A stretch of DNA of 64,000 nt from the human T2T-CHM13v2.0 reference genome, Homo sapiens. The DNA is taken from assembly GCF_009914755.1 (NCBI RefSeq), contig NC_060930.1; one strand, 5' to 3'. A program made the translations under genes and the position numbers. Below, piece by piece: positions 28,979 to 43,100 of the stretch. Every line of letters starts with the position of its first letter. The stretch's first letter is position 1. The notes beneath the pieces were generated by a model that saw only the letters and a list, made by a program, of their open reading frames with translations, did not search any database and was not told the DNA's origin.

Positions 28979-29278
28979 GTTTTTTTTTTTTTTTTTTTTT
29001 TTTTGAGATGGAGTCTCGCTCTGTCACCCAGACTGGAGTTCAGTGGCGCGATCTTGGCTCACTGCAAGCACCGCCTTCATGCCATTCTCCTGTCTCAGCC
29101 TCCCGAGTAGCTGGGCCTACAGGCGCCCGCCACCACACCCAGCTAATTTTTTGTATTTTTAGTAGAGACGGGGTTTCACCATGTTAGCCGGGATGGTCTT
29201 GGTCTCCTGACCTCGTGATTCGCCTGCCTCGGCCTCCCAAAGTGCTGGGATTACAGGCGTGAGCCACTGCTCCCGGCC
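28979..29278 (-). mobile_element. AluY with small internal deletion
   Basis: gcaagc, gttagccgggatgg and gacctcgtgat diagnostics, many retained CpGs; TSD gggttttgcctt. Confidence 0.92.
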
Positions 29279-29515
29279 TGGGTTTTGCCTTTTAAGCCTT
29301 TTCTGATTCTACTCACTATCCCTGGGTGAGCTGATTCACTCCCATGACTTCAAGTATCTTTTATAGGCTGATGAATCTCACAGCTTTATCTCCAGCATAG
29401 CTCTATCTCTTCAGATTCAGAACCGTGTCTCTCTCTACCTATTGTTCCAATCCACTTGAAGGTTTCTCAAATACTTCAAGAACATCTTCAAAACTGAATG
29501 CAGGACCTTCTTCAG

Positions 29516-29643
29516 TTTTTTAAATTTTTTGGAGAGAGGGAAGTCTTGCTATGTTTCCCAGGCTGGTCTTGAATTCCTGGCCTCAAGTGATCCTCTCACC
29601 TTTGAAGTGTTGGGATTGTAGACATGAGCCACTGCACCTGGCC
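29516..29643 (-). mobile_element. FLAM (Alu monomer)
   Basis: gtcttgctatgtttcccaggctggtcttgaattcctggcctcaagtgatcc...cctggcc, single arm only. Confidence 0.8.
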
Positions 29644-31590
29644 TAATCTTCCTCTCAATCTCGCTTTTCCTCCTGGATTTATTTTCCCTCAATGAATAGC
29701 ACCATCATTCATCTGGTCCCTCAAGGCAGAAAGAGAAACTTGGACATCATTCTGCATTTGTTTCTCCTTTATACTCAGTTCTAGGTGGTTTTGGCCTATA
29801 TGTAATTATCTGCAGGTAGCCCCCACCCTGCAAGATTACACAGGTTACAGTTAAATGCCTGTCTATAACCCAAAAATATTATTATCTTTCCTCTATCATA
29901 GCCTGCATAATACTGTTAAATTTGTCAATGTGCATATCTTCTCCAAAACCATAAACTTTGTCTGTATTTTCTCTCTTGTATCCTCTGCAACTAGCAATGT
30001 TTATCATATAATAAGCATATAATAAATATTTGTCAAATGAGTAAAAATGTATCTATTATGTTTTAGTTGTTGAGAAGAGCAGTAGTGATAATTTTTATTT
30101 TGAATAGCAAATGTTTATTATAAAATTTCTAAACATAACAAAGAATAAAAGATTTTATTCATAAGTACATGATGATGGCCTTTGTGGGTATCTACATAAT
30201 AAAATATTTTTCTATTTTTCTTGTGCCAGATAGCCCATACTCCTGTGTAGTTTGCAATTTACAATACATTCTTCTAAAAAGCTTCAGAAGTCTAGCCATA
30301 CCTCTGTACCTTCAAAGAGTGGTTTCTTAGTTATAATCTACTGAGTTTTGACCCATGTGATTCTGTCTTACAGGGCCCAGTTGAACCAACTCAACATGGA
30401 GAGCTCACCCAAAGTGGCTATCTGTAAACTTTCCAGAGGCTAAAGAGATGGCCAGATACTGAAACTCTGCCCATTGAAATACTCAAATCCATTTTTTTTC
30501 TTTTGGGAAGAGACATACAGTCAGTTATCAGTGGAAGTATTAGCAGATCCAGATTGTCTACCCTGAGAGCCAGAGGGAACTGTTAGATTTTCAGTGGCCA
30601 CAGATCACTAAAACATTCATGTTATTCTTAATGGCAATGAATGAAAGTCCAGGCTATGGGGCTGCTGAGGTTATGTCCTTTCCTGCGTATCAGCAGGATT
30701 GGTCAAAGACCGTCCTGTATCAGCTAAGCTAATCTCAGTTTTAAACTTGCTAGTTTTTACTACAATGCTTCATTTGTGTCATAGTTTATTACTTTCTGTC
30801 TTTGAATTTTGAATACTGCATTTGTTAATTAGACATTATCAACTTTGTAAATATATACTAGTAAACTTTTTTATCATCCTTAAGTATACTTCAATTTTTG
30901 TTCACAATTGTATATTCCTTATGTACCATAGTTTTACTTTTCCTTAAGCCTGCTGCTGGAGCTGGAAAATCTCCATTTACATCTGTCTCAAAAAATCTAG
31001 TAATTTATCAATAGTATCTTTAAAAAGTGAAATTTACTTTTATGTTAAAAGATCATGTCTATCAGTTTGTTGGGGAAAAATATTGATCTTGAAAAGTAAA
31101 TAAACTAAACCTACAAAGGGATCAAAATATATTTCCATCATCAGTAGAATTGAAGGAAGACCCTGAGATGCTTAGATGCCCAAGCCATTCTTGTCAGAGG
31201 TGCCCAGTACCGGCACTTAAGAAGATGGCCTTCTCTGCATGCCTCAGGTTTGACTCAGCAACTGACATTTGCTGGCCAGGAACTGGCACACCGAAGTGTT
31301 CACCGAAAAAAAGTTTCCAGACTGACAGCCTGTAGCTAGGATCTCCTTATCACAGCAGCTCTGGAGAAGAGCAGGTGGTGTTTATGGGGCCCATGCCCTG
31401 CCTGTTCTTTACATACCCCAAGATATTGCACTTTAGTGCTTTCAGTGAAATTTGTATTTTTATTAAGTTTAAAATAGACATGCAAAGATATTGCCTGTTT
31501 CCTCCTAATGGGCTGGACTTGATCAATGAAATTAGCTGATCATGACACATTTGGGCTTTCTAATGGATATGGCTTTAAAAGAAGGTTTGT

Positions 31591-31631
31591 TGTGTGTGTG
31601 TCTGTGTGTGTGTGTGTGTTTGTGTGTGTGT
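31591..31631. repeat. (TG)n microsatellite, interrupted
   Basis: directly visible. Confidence 0.9.
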
Positions 31632-32993
31632 AGAAGTCTTTGATTTTGGTGAATTGTATGGGAACAAGGAGGAGAACTGGTATCTGGTAGTGAATTGTTA
31701 AATAGCTAGTGTACCCAGTGATAGAACCAACTGGAACATCCCTATATCATGATTCTGAACATCTTTGCCTATTTTTTATTATATGTGTTTTATTTTTAAT
31801 ATATTAACTTTTGTGAATTCATGTGAAAGTCTGCTCAAAAGTAACACTCAGAACCAGTAAAATATATATAAAAAATTGTGCTGTTGACTAAAATGAAATT
31901 GTTACTTGGACTTGTAAAATAAAAAATAGACACACTCCATTTAAGGATAAAATTCTCTGTGGGAAACAGAGCCCAAACACCAACACTCACACTAAAGGAG
32001 CTATAGCTGGTAAACTTTTGCCCTTGTTCGGCACTGATCACATGTTCCCAGAAGTTGTATAGCCTCACAGTGGAAATCAGAAGCAAACTAGCCTTAGACA
32101 TTGGGTGATTTTCAATTATTTATCCAAGTGGAAAAGCACATTTTTAGGGCATGACGGACTGAAATGTAAGAGCATACAGTACAAACTGTAGACTAATAAA
32201 ATTTTGTGTTGAGTGTGGGTTGGAGTCATTAATTCTCATGGCTAGTCTAAATTATAATCACATTCTTGGGGTTTTTATTTTTTCCCTTTTTAATAGTTAA
32301 AGGATAACCTTCTATTTTGTAGGTTTAATCTTAAAAACTTCAGATTCTAGGGAAAAAAAGTAGAAATAATAATCATAATACAATAAAAACATCTGAATAA
32401 ACCTTTGGCAAATGGAAGGCCATTTTCCAAATGATGAGTCAGAAGTCTGTCATAATTTGGACTAGATTTCTGCCTTAGACAGTGGTCAAAACAAAACAAA
32501 AACCACCACCAACAAAAAGACGCCAAAAAATGATAATGTATGTTCACTATCCAGCACTATTTAGATTTATCTTTGCATAGGATTAAGTATGCCTATCACG
32601 CAAAGTGAAATTTTAAAGAAAGCTCCACAACCAAAGCCAGGATGACATCAGTGACAAAAACTCTCCCTTCAATCATATCGGGGCTCATAGCTTAGAGTAA
32701 TAGCATGTGAGTGCAGCAGCTGACTCAAATAACCAATAACCCCACTATAGTTCAGCTGCTCTGACTTTGTTTCAAGACAGTAAGATGAAGAAGAAAAAAA
32801 ATAACGTCCCTCATAGCTCATGAGCAAAGCAACTCCTAAACATGTTAGGGTCAGTTTCTATATAGAGAGTAGGCTCCTAATCCACACCATAGAAGTTAGC
32901 TTCTCGAGGACTAAATATTTCCTTTGCTTTACCCCAATCACAGGGCAGAATATCTTTTATACTGAATTTCTAAACAAAAGTTTATTCAATTAA

Positions 32994-33373
32994 TGTATTA
33001 GTCTGTTCTCACACTCCTGTAAAGAACTACCTGAGACTGGGTAAGTTAGGAAGGAAAGTGGTTTAATCGGCTCAGTTCCACAGGCTCAACAGGACGCATG
33101 ACTGGGAGGCCTCAGGAAAGTTAACAATCATGTTGGAAGGTGAAAGAGAAGCAAGCACGTCTTACCATGGCAGAGCCGGAGAGAGAGAGTGAGGGCGCAT
33201 GTGCCACACACTTTCAAACAACCAGATCTCGTGAGAACTCACTAACACTAGATCAGCAAGGGGGGATGTCCACTCCCATGATTCAATCACCTCCCACCAG
33301 GCTCCTCCACCAACACGTGGGGATTGTAATTCAAGATGAGATTTGGGTGGGGACACAGAACCAAAACATATCA
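32994..33373 (-). mobile_element. MSTA solo LTR
   Basis: tgtattagtc...aacatatca, homologous to the LTRs at 6850 and 8857; perfect 5-bp TSD ATTAA (32989-32993, 33374-33378). Confidence 0.9.
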
Positions 33374-34089
33374 ATTAACTTGCTGGGAATTTTGGAAGTT
33401 AAGATAAAGTAGACCTTAGACCTTAAAATAACTCTAGAAGAGTTTTTGGAAGACCTCTGTAATAGGGTATATGACAGACTCAGATTGAAAGGATCACTTA
33501 AATCAAGAAATGTTAGGGGCATAAATAAATTAATACAGCACATAGACTGAGTTTATTCTTTGAGCCCTGTTCTTCCACTACTTCTTAAGGTATAGTGAAT
33601 CCTACTTCTCAGAGGCCTCATGAAGGCAAATGAAACTCTTTAGATTCAAGTATAAAATATCAAATATTGTTGGTTAATAAATTCTGACTACATTGAGATG
33701 CTATTATATATATCTACTATGCTATGTTCTAGGGATGAAAGGGTAAATAAGATAGACGCAATTCTGGCCTTCATGGGAATTTTAGCTTAGTGTTCAGTAA
33801 ATTTTTCTAACTTTTTATTATGGAAATTTTCAAATATAACACACATGTTGAAAGACTAGTTTAAGGAACCCAGTGAGTCTATTACTCACTTTCAATAATT
33901 ATCAAAATGTTCAGTTTTGTTTTATCTATACCCCTATCCACGCTACCCCATGCCAGTCAGAATATTTTGAAGTAGATCTCAGCCATCTATCATTTTATGT
34001 GTAAATATTATAGTTTGTATCTCTTAAAGATAAGAACTCCCTCAAAAAGCTATAATGTCATTATTATACCAAGAAACTTTTAATATTAC

Positions 34090-34156
34090 CATAGTTGAAA
34101 ATTCCATATTGTATACTTGAAATCTGCTGAGCAAATAGATTTTTAATGTTCTCACC

Positions 34157-34193
<37 letters not shown>

Positions 34194-34345
34194 ATAGTAA
34201 CTAGGTGAGGTGATAGATGTGTTGATTGTGGTAACCATTTGACAATATATAATATCAAATCATCATGTTGTATATCTTAAACTTATACAAATTTACTTGC
34301 CAATTATATCTCAAAAAACTGAAATAATTTTTTTAAAAAAGAAAA
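34090..34345 (+). mobile_element. L1MA/MB 3'-end fragment containing (CA)n at 34156-34192, nested in an older minus-strand L1ME-like remnant (~33810-34720)
   Basis: tacttgaaatctgctgag...tgattgtggtaaccattt...caaatcatcatgttgta. Confidence 0.65.
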
Positions 34346-36395
34346 TAATTTTAACAATGGTTACTTAATAGCATAAAAAATGAATTATTGTTTATATTTA
34401 CCTGTTTGTTTCATACACACACACCCCTCTCCACAGTTTTATAATTAAGATTGACATTAGATTGGTAGGTCTGTTACATTTCTTTTCATTTAAAGCTTCC
34501 CTTTTCATAACTATGTTTGTGTGTGGAAGAAACACAACTCCTTAACCAGTAGAGTTTGCACTGTCTAAATTTTGCTGATTGCAACCTCATGATGTAATCT
34601 GACATATTTTTCTTTCCCTTAAATTTATCATAAATTATTAATAAGATCTAGAGTCTTGGTTGGATTCAAGTTTGATTTTTTTCTTCTTTTTTGTCAAAAT
34701 CTGTTCATGAGTAGTGTTTATATACATATGTTTAAATATATAAATACATACATTTATATATTGTTTAAATATATACATTTATATGTATATATGTGTATGT
34801 ATATATGTAAATAATATTTTTAGACCTTTATAACAATCAAGTACCTTTAGAACGCAAAAATTAAAGGTAAAGATAAGGTTAAATGATACTTACACCATCA
34901 TGATGTGTGGTCCTGCGTGGGCCACAGTTCCTTATCAATATTAAAAACTCCTTCAACTCTAAAAGTTCAGGACTGTGAGATCAGTGATCTCAGCCTGAGA
35001 TGACCATATGCCAAAGCCATTTACTAACATACTTTCATTGCCCAAAGTCAGTTAGAATGAAAGCCTGACTTTGGTATACAATCAGGTCCATTCTCAGCAG
35101 GCTGGAAACATCTCAGATAATCGAAGCACCTGCATAGTTCCCTTTGTCTTTGCATATTCTAGAACATTATCTTGCTCTAGCTCTTGTCCCATTTCCTAAA
35201 ATCTCACTTGCTCAATTCTCCAAATAAGTCTTGCTAAGAAAATTCCTTTTTAATAAGGTGAGGATGTCTAGCAAATAAAATAAATACAGATATTTGAAGT
35301 CAGACTGGTTATTTTAGTACATTAGAAAGAAAGTCAGCATCAGCTTCATTATTGCATTAATTTTAAACAATCTTAATCCAATTCTCATTTTATGAATAGG
35401 CCTTTGGTAAAATGCACCCATCTAAGCCATTTAATCATTTGGAACTTTAAAATATGTATTTATCCCTACTGGAAAATATTAGCTTTCCAAAATGCCTTAG
35501 TTTTAGAGTTTCTCATTTTCATGAAAATAGTAAAAATTAACAAATATCTATAGATATAAAATACAATCCAATCTCCCACAACTCCCAGATACTGCAGCCA
35601 TCACTTTCTAAGGGCTGCGTAAGGAAGCAAATTCACTGAATTTACTTCAGACCTGTCTTTGCATCCAGTGTCTTCAGGGCAACATTACTTCATAGGTCAG
35701 GGGTCTGCTATCAGGGAATACACAGTGGACATCCCACAGGACAGAGTAGCCAGCAGGAATGCTCGCAGACATCTGTTCAATATGTGGGTAGCTTACAGCC
35801 TTGTTTATATTAAGAGCTCTTGCTGCTGGACAGCAGAAGTAACTCCTTTAGAATCCGTTCCCATAATAGTCCCTAAGGCAATGACGCACAGCTGTGGAAA
35901 GGAAATAGGCTCTTTAATTTGTTAACCATGCCCAGAAAAGAAGAAAACAAAATGCTCAAATGAGACTATAAAGAGGACTTTTAAGAGTCTTCCAGAAACA
36001 GCTAAAAAAGCAATACAAACATTTCCCCCCAATCACATAAGATGTATATATGTGGCTTGTTTGTTCCTTAACATATGTCTAATCTTACATTTGAATTCTG
36101 TGAAATTTTTCTCTTCTTCTGACTTTTCAGTTTAACCTTCTCTTAATGATCATACTGTCTAAAGATTCTGATCCCATAAAACCCCTGTATCCTTATTGCT
36201 GAAAAGCATACTGCTGAAAGATCCCATTTGGAAAAATTCATATGGTCAGGGAAAATGGGCCTGAACTAGCCAGGAGACTGATATTAAGAAAAGGACATCA
36301 TTTCCTTAAATGAGGGTCCCAGAGTTTGAAGCAGCAAATTGGATCTTTTAATCCAACTCCACCCTATATAAAACACTTTCCCAAACCTGTTTTTA

Positions 36396-36762
<367 letters not shown>

Positions 36763-37149
36763 AGGAATATTTCAAATATGTGACAATTAAGTATCTGGAA
36801 CCAAGACCCAGCTACCCAGCTCTATCAAGTTCTACCAGTTTGCCATACTTGCTTCAACTTTTAGGGTTTTCTTTAAAGCAATACTTATTACAAATATGAT
36901 TGGGGTTCCCTCTCTACCTCTCTCATGTCTTATGTTTTCCTTCCTCCCTCTCTAACTTCTGCAAGATAATCACCAACCTGAATTTGATTATTTATTTTTC
37001 TCATGCATGTTTACATTGTTATAACATTATTATAGCACAATGTCCAACACTGCTTGGCATGTTTTCATATTTTACACAAATGGTATCATATTGTATGTAT
37101 TTTTTGGTAATGTATTTTCTTAATATTGTAATTGAGATTTAATTAAATT

Positions 37150-40100
37150 TTCTTTTCAACTTTTATTTTAAATTCAGGGAGGGTATGTGCAGGTTAGCTA
37201 CTTGATATATTGTGTGATGCTGAGGTTTGAGGTACAAATGATCCCATCACCCAGGTACTCAGCATAATACCCAATAGTTAGTTTTTCACTGCTTCTCTGC
37301 CACCCCAGTAGTCCCCAGTTTCTGTTGTTGCCATCTTTATGTTCATGAGTAACCAATATTTAGCTCCCACTTGTAACTGAGAAGAGGCAGTATTTGGTAT
37401 TCTATTCCTGCATCAATTCATTTGGGATAATGACCTCCAGCTGCATCCATGCTGCCACAAAGGACATGATTTTGTTCTTTTTTATGGCTGCATAGTATTC
37501 TATGGTGAATATGTACCACATTTTCTTTATCCCAGCCACCACTGATGGGCACTTAGGCTGATTCCATGTCTTTGCTATTGTGAATAGTGTTGCAATCAAC
37601 ATGCGAGTGCATCTGTCTTTTTGGTAGAATGATTTATTTTCTTGTGGACACGTATATCCAGTAATGCGATTGCTCGGTCATATGGTAGTTCTGTTTTAAT
37701 TTCTTTGAGAAATCTCTAAACTGCTTTACACAGTTGCTGAACTAATTTACATTCCCACCAACAGTGTATAAGTGTTCCCTTTCTCTGCAGCCTTGCCAGC
37801 ATCTGTTGTTTTTTTAGGCTTTTTATTAACAGCCATTTTGACTGGTGTGAGATAGTATCCATTGTGGTTTTGATTTGCATTTTTCTGATGATTAATGATA
37901 TGAAACATTTTTTCATATGTTTGTTGGCTGCTTGTATGTCTTCTTTTGAGAAATGTCTATGTCTTTTAAACATTTTTATGGGGTTATTTATTTTTTGCTT
38001 ATTCAACTGTTTAGTTTCTTACAGATTCTGGACACTAGGTCTTCACTGGAAGCATAGTTTGTGAATATTTTCTCCCATTCTGTAAGTTGCTTGTTTACTC
38101 TGTTGATGGTTACTTTTGCTGTGCAGAAGCTCTTTAGTCTAATTAGGTTCCACTTGTCAATTTTCATTTTTGTGTAATTGCTGTGGAGGACTTAATCATA
38201 CATTCTTTCCCAAGGCCAATGCCCAGACTGATGTTTCTTAGGTTTTCTTCTAGGATTCTTACAGTTTGAGGTCTTACAATGAAATGTTTAATTCATTTTG
38301 AGCAGCTTTTTGTATATGGTGAAAGGTAGGAGTCCAGTTTCATTCTTCAGCATATGACTAGTCAGCTATCCCAGCATCGTTGATTGAATAGGGAGTCCTT
38401 TCCCCATTGTTTTTGTTTTTGTTTATTTTGTCAAAGATTAGATAGCTGCAGGTGTGTGACTTTATTTCTAGGTTCTCTTTTCTGTTCCGTTGATCTATGG
38501 GTCTGTTACTGTAGCTTTATAGTATAGTTTGAATCCGGTAATGTGATGCCTCTGGCTTTGTTCTTTTTGCTTAGGGCTGCTTTGGCTATTTGGGCTCTTT
38601 TTTGGCTCCATATAAATTTTAGAATAGTTTTTTTTTCTAGTTTTATGAAAAATTACATTGGTAGGTTGACAGGAATAGAGTTGAATCTATAGATTGCTTT
38701 GGGCAGAATAACCATTTACATTATGTTGATTCTTTCAATCCATGAGCATGGAATATTTTTCCATTTATTTGACATAAGTTATTTCTTCTAGCAGTGCTTT
38801 GTTCTTCTTGGTGTAAAGATCTTTCACCTCCTTGGTGAGATGTACTCCTAGGTATTTTTTTTTTTGGCTACTGTAAACGGGATTGTATTTTTGATTTGGC
38901 TTTCAGCTTGCACATTATTGGTGTGTACAAATGCCACTGAATTTCGTACATTGATTTTGTATCCTTAAAATTTACTGAAGTTGTGTATCAGTTCCAGGAA
39001 CATTTTGGTGGAATCTCTAGGGCTTACTAGGTGTAGAATCAGGTCATCCATGAAGAGAGATAGCTTGACTTCTTTCCCTATTTGGGTGCCTTTTATTTCT
39101 TTCTCTTGCTTGATTGCTCTGGTTAGCATTCCAGTACTACGTTGAATGGGAGTGGTGAAAGTAGGCATTTTTGTCTCATTCCATTTCACAAAGGGAATGC
39201 TTCCACTTTTTGCCTGTTCAGCATGATGTCAGCTGTGGGTTTCTCATAAATGGCTCTTGTTATTTTGAGGTATGTTACTTTGATACCTGGTTTCTTAGGG
39301 ATTTTCATCATGAAGGGATGTTGCATTTTATTGAAAGCTTTTTCCACATCTATTGAGATGATCTTTTGGTTTTTGTTTTTAATTCTATTTATGTAGTGAA
39401 CTGTATTTACTGATTTGTGTATGCTGAATGAAACTTGCACCCCAGGAATAAAGCCTACTTGATCATGGTGAATTAACTTTTTGATATGTTGTTGAATTCA
39501 CTTTGCTAGTATTTTGTTGAGAATTTTTACATCTATGTTTATCTGGGATGTTGGCCTTTAGTTTCTTTATTCATTGTATCTTTGCCAGGTGTTGGTATCA
39601 GGGTGATGCTGGCTATATAAAATGAGTTAGAAAGGAGTCCTTCCTCTTTAATTTTTTTGGGGATAGTTTCAGTAGAGTGGGTACCAGCTCTTCTTTGTAT
39701 GTCTGGTAGAATTCTGCTGTAAAATCTCTCTGGTCTGGGTCTTTTTTTTTGTTGGTAGGTGTATTATTACTGATTCAATTTTGGAACTTGATATTCATCT
39801 TTTCAGTGTTTCAATTTCTTCCTGATTCAGTCTTGGGAGAATGTGGGTTTTTAGGAACTTATCCATTTCCTCTAGATTTTCTAGTTTGTGTAACAGAGGG
39901 GTTCAGATAGTCTCTGAGGATCTTTGTGTTTCTGTGGGGATCAACTGTAATATCACCTTTGTCATTTCTGATTGTGCTTTTTTGGATTTTCTCTCTTTTT
40001 TTTTCTTTGTTAATCTATTTAGTGGTCTATCAATCTTATTCATCCTTTGAAAGAACCAACTTTTGGATTCGTTGTTCTTTTTTGTATGAATTTCTGGGTC

Positions 40101-43100
40101 TCAAATTCATTTATTTCTGATTTAATTTTAGTTATTTCTTTTCATAAGCTAGCTTTGGAGTTAGTTTGTTCTTGTTTTCCTGGTTCCTGCAGGTGTGATG
40201 TTAGATCTTTATTTTCAGATCTTTCTAGCTTTTTAAGGTAGGCATTTAGCACTATAGACTGTCCTCTTTACACTGCTTTTGCTGCATCCCAGAGATTTTG
40301 GTATGTTGTGTCTCTGTTTTCAATTACTTCAGATAATTTTTTTATTTCTGCCTTAATATGATTGTTTACCCAAAAGTCATTCAGAAGCAAGTTGTTTAAT
40401 TTCCATGTAATTGTGTGGTTTTTAGAGATCTTCTTAGTATTGATTTCTATTTTTTATTCCATTGTGGTCCAAAAGTGTGGTTGGTATGATTTCAATTTTC
40501 TTTTAATTTATTGAGAGGTACATTATGGCTGAGCATGTAATCAGTCTTGGAATATGTTCTGTGTGCAGATGAGAAGAATATATATTCTGTGGTTGTTAGG
40601 TAGAGTATTATGTAGATGTCTATTAGTTCCAATTGGTAAAGCATCAAGTTTAAGCCCAGAATCTCTCTGCTATTTTTCTTCTTTGATGATCTAATGCTGT
40701 CAGTGGGGTGTTAAAGTTCCCCACTATTATTGTGTGGCTGTCTAAGTCTTTTCATAGGTCTATAAATACTTGTTTTATGAATCTGACTGCTCCAATGTTG
40801 GGTACATATATATTTAGTATAGTTAAGTCTTGTTGAATTCAATCCTTTATTATTATGTAATGCCCTTCTTTGGTTTTTGTTGTTGTTGTTGTTGTTTCAC
40901 TGTTGTTGGTTTAAAGTCTGTTTCATCAGATATAAAAATAGTGACCCCTGCTCTTTTTTGTTTTCCATGTGCATGATAGATCTTTCTCTAATCCTTTACT
41001 TTGAGCCTATGCGTATTATTACATGCGAGATGGGTCTCTTGAAGACAGCAGATGGGTGGGTCTTGTATTTTAATCCAAATTGCCACTGTGTGCCTTTCAA
41101 CTGTAGAGTTTAAACCAGTTAAATTCAAGGTTAATATTGTTATGTGAGGTTTTCACGCTATCATAACATTGTTAGCTGGTTGCTTTGCAGTTTCTATTGT
41201 GTGGTTGCTTTACAAAGTCTGAGTGCTATGTACTTAAATGTGTTTTTGTTGTAGCAGGTATTGTTCTTTCATTTCCGTGTTTAGAACTCCCTTAAGTATT
41301 TCTTGTAATGTCAGTCTAGTGGTAATGAGTTCTTAGCACTTGATTTTCTGGAAAAACTCCTTATGCAGCTTAGTCTGTTGAGATATGAAATTATTTGTTG
41401 AAATTTCTTTTCTTTTAGAATGCTGAAGATAGCCCCCCAATCTCTCCTGGCTTGTAAGGTTTCTGCTGAGAAGTCAGCTGTTAGCCTGATGGGGTTCCTT
41501 TCATATGTGATCTAAACTTTTTCTCTAGCATCCTTTAAGATTTTTTCTTTAGCATTGATCTTGGACAATCTGGTGACTCTATGCCTTGGTGATGTTCATT
41601 TTGTATATTATCTCACAGGTATTTTCTGGATTTCTTGTGTCCGGATGTCTACCTCTCCAGCAAGATTAGGAAATTTTTCTTGAATTATTCCCTCAAATGT
41701 GTTTTCCAGATTGTTTATTTTTTCTTCTCTCTCAGGTATGCCAATAATTCATGGGTTTGGTCATTTGCATAATCCCATATTTCTTGAAAACTTTGTTCAT
41801 TTTAAAAATTCTTTTTAAAAAAAATTTTGTCTGACTGTGTTACTTTGAAAAACCAGTACTCAAGCTCTGAAATTCTTTCTTCTGCTTATTCCAGTCTATT
41901 GATAAAAGTTTCCATTGTATTTTGAAATTTCTTAAGTGTTCAATTCTGGAAGCTTGGATTGACTTTTTAAATAAAATGTTTATCTCTCCCTTCATTTCCT
42001 GGATTGCTTTAGCAGTTTCTTTGTATTGACTTTCAGCCCATCTTGGATCTCACTGAGCTTCCTTGCAATTGATACTTCGAATTCTTTTTCTGTCATTTCT
42101 GAGTTTCCATTTTCATTAGGGACCATTGCTGGAGAGAGAGTGCGATCCCTTGGTGGTGTCACTACATTCAGCTTTTAGATGGTGCCAGTATTCTTGTGCT
42201 GGTTCTTTCTCATTGAGAGACACTGGCACTTCTAATTTTTGTAATTATTTTCATGCGAGTAGGACTTTTTCTTTTTTCTTTCTTTTCCTATAATATTATG
42301 TTTTTTTCTTTCTCTTTCCCTTTCCCCCCTCCTTGCGGGTGCAACTATAGAGAATATAGGGTAGGACCTTTTGGCTTTGCTTCTGTGGCACTTCTTTGTT
42401 AGGTTTTATTTTGGGCTGTGCAGTTTCACCTATAAGCCAGTAGATGGTCCTTATAGGTAAGAGCCAGCTACAGCCAACATGGTTAGGAATATACTTGATC
42501 CCTATTTACTGTCAGAAGCTCTCTGTTGCCTCAGGCAATGGGCTGATTCATAGAATGCACAGTGTTGTGATCTCCCTGCTCAGCCCCAGGGTGTGGGAAC
42601 CACAAAGGGTGGGGCCAGCCTGGGCAGGTCCACCTACAGGTCACCTGATGGCAGGCACACGCACTGGCAGCATGGGAGAATCCAGTGCATGGTCATCAAA
42701 TGCCTAGAGGTGTGCCTAGCCATGGAACTGGAAAACCTTCCTGTCTCCAAGTTCTCCACACAGGAATGTGGAATGTCCTAAACTACTAACCCAGGAGAGT
42801 GTGTGCTCCAGATGCCTGGAGATCTGCCTGGGTGTGGAGCAGATAGAGGGCATCCCCTTCATTAAACTCTTTGCATGGAGGGGTGCGGCAACTCAGGATC
42901 ATGGACCAGGCAAGCAGGTGCTCTGAATGTCTAGAGATCTGCTTGAGTGTGTAGTAGAGACAGACCCCCTGCACCAGAATCTCCATACTGGCAGGGTGGG
43001 GTGGCACAAGTTGCTGATTTGGGCCATCTGGTGCTCCAAATGCCTGGAGATCTACCTGGGTGTAGAGCAGAAAGAGCCCCACTACACCATAATCTATACT

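Larger units (their letters stand above)
28500..30045 (+). mobile_element. L2 LINE remnant interrupted by AluY and FLAM
   Basis: ctgggtgagctgattcactcccatgacttcaa...atctccagc; ends aataaatatttgtcaaatgag. Confidence 0.65.

Noticed and set aside
35042-35074. 10-bp inverted repeat ccaaagtcag/ctgactttgg
   Set aside because: Short arms with a free spacer; compatible with chance.
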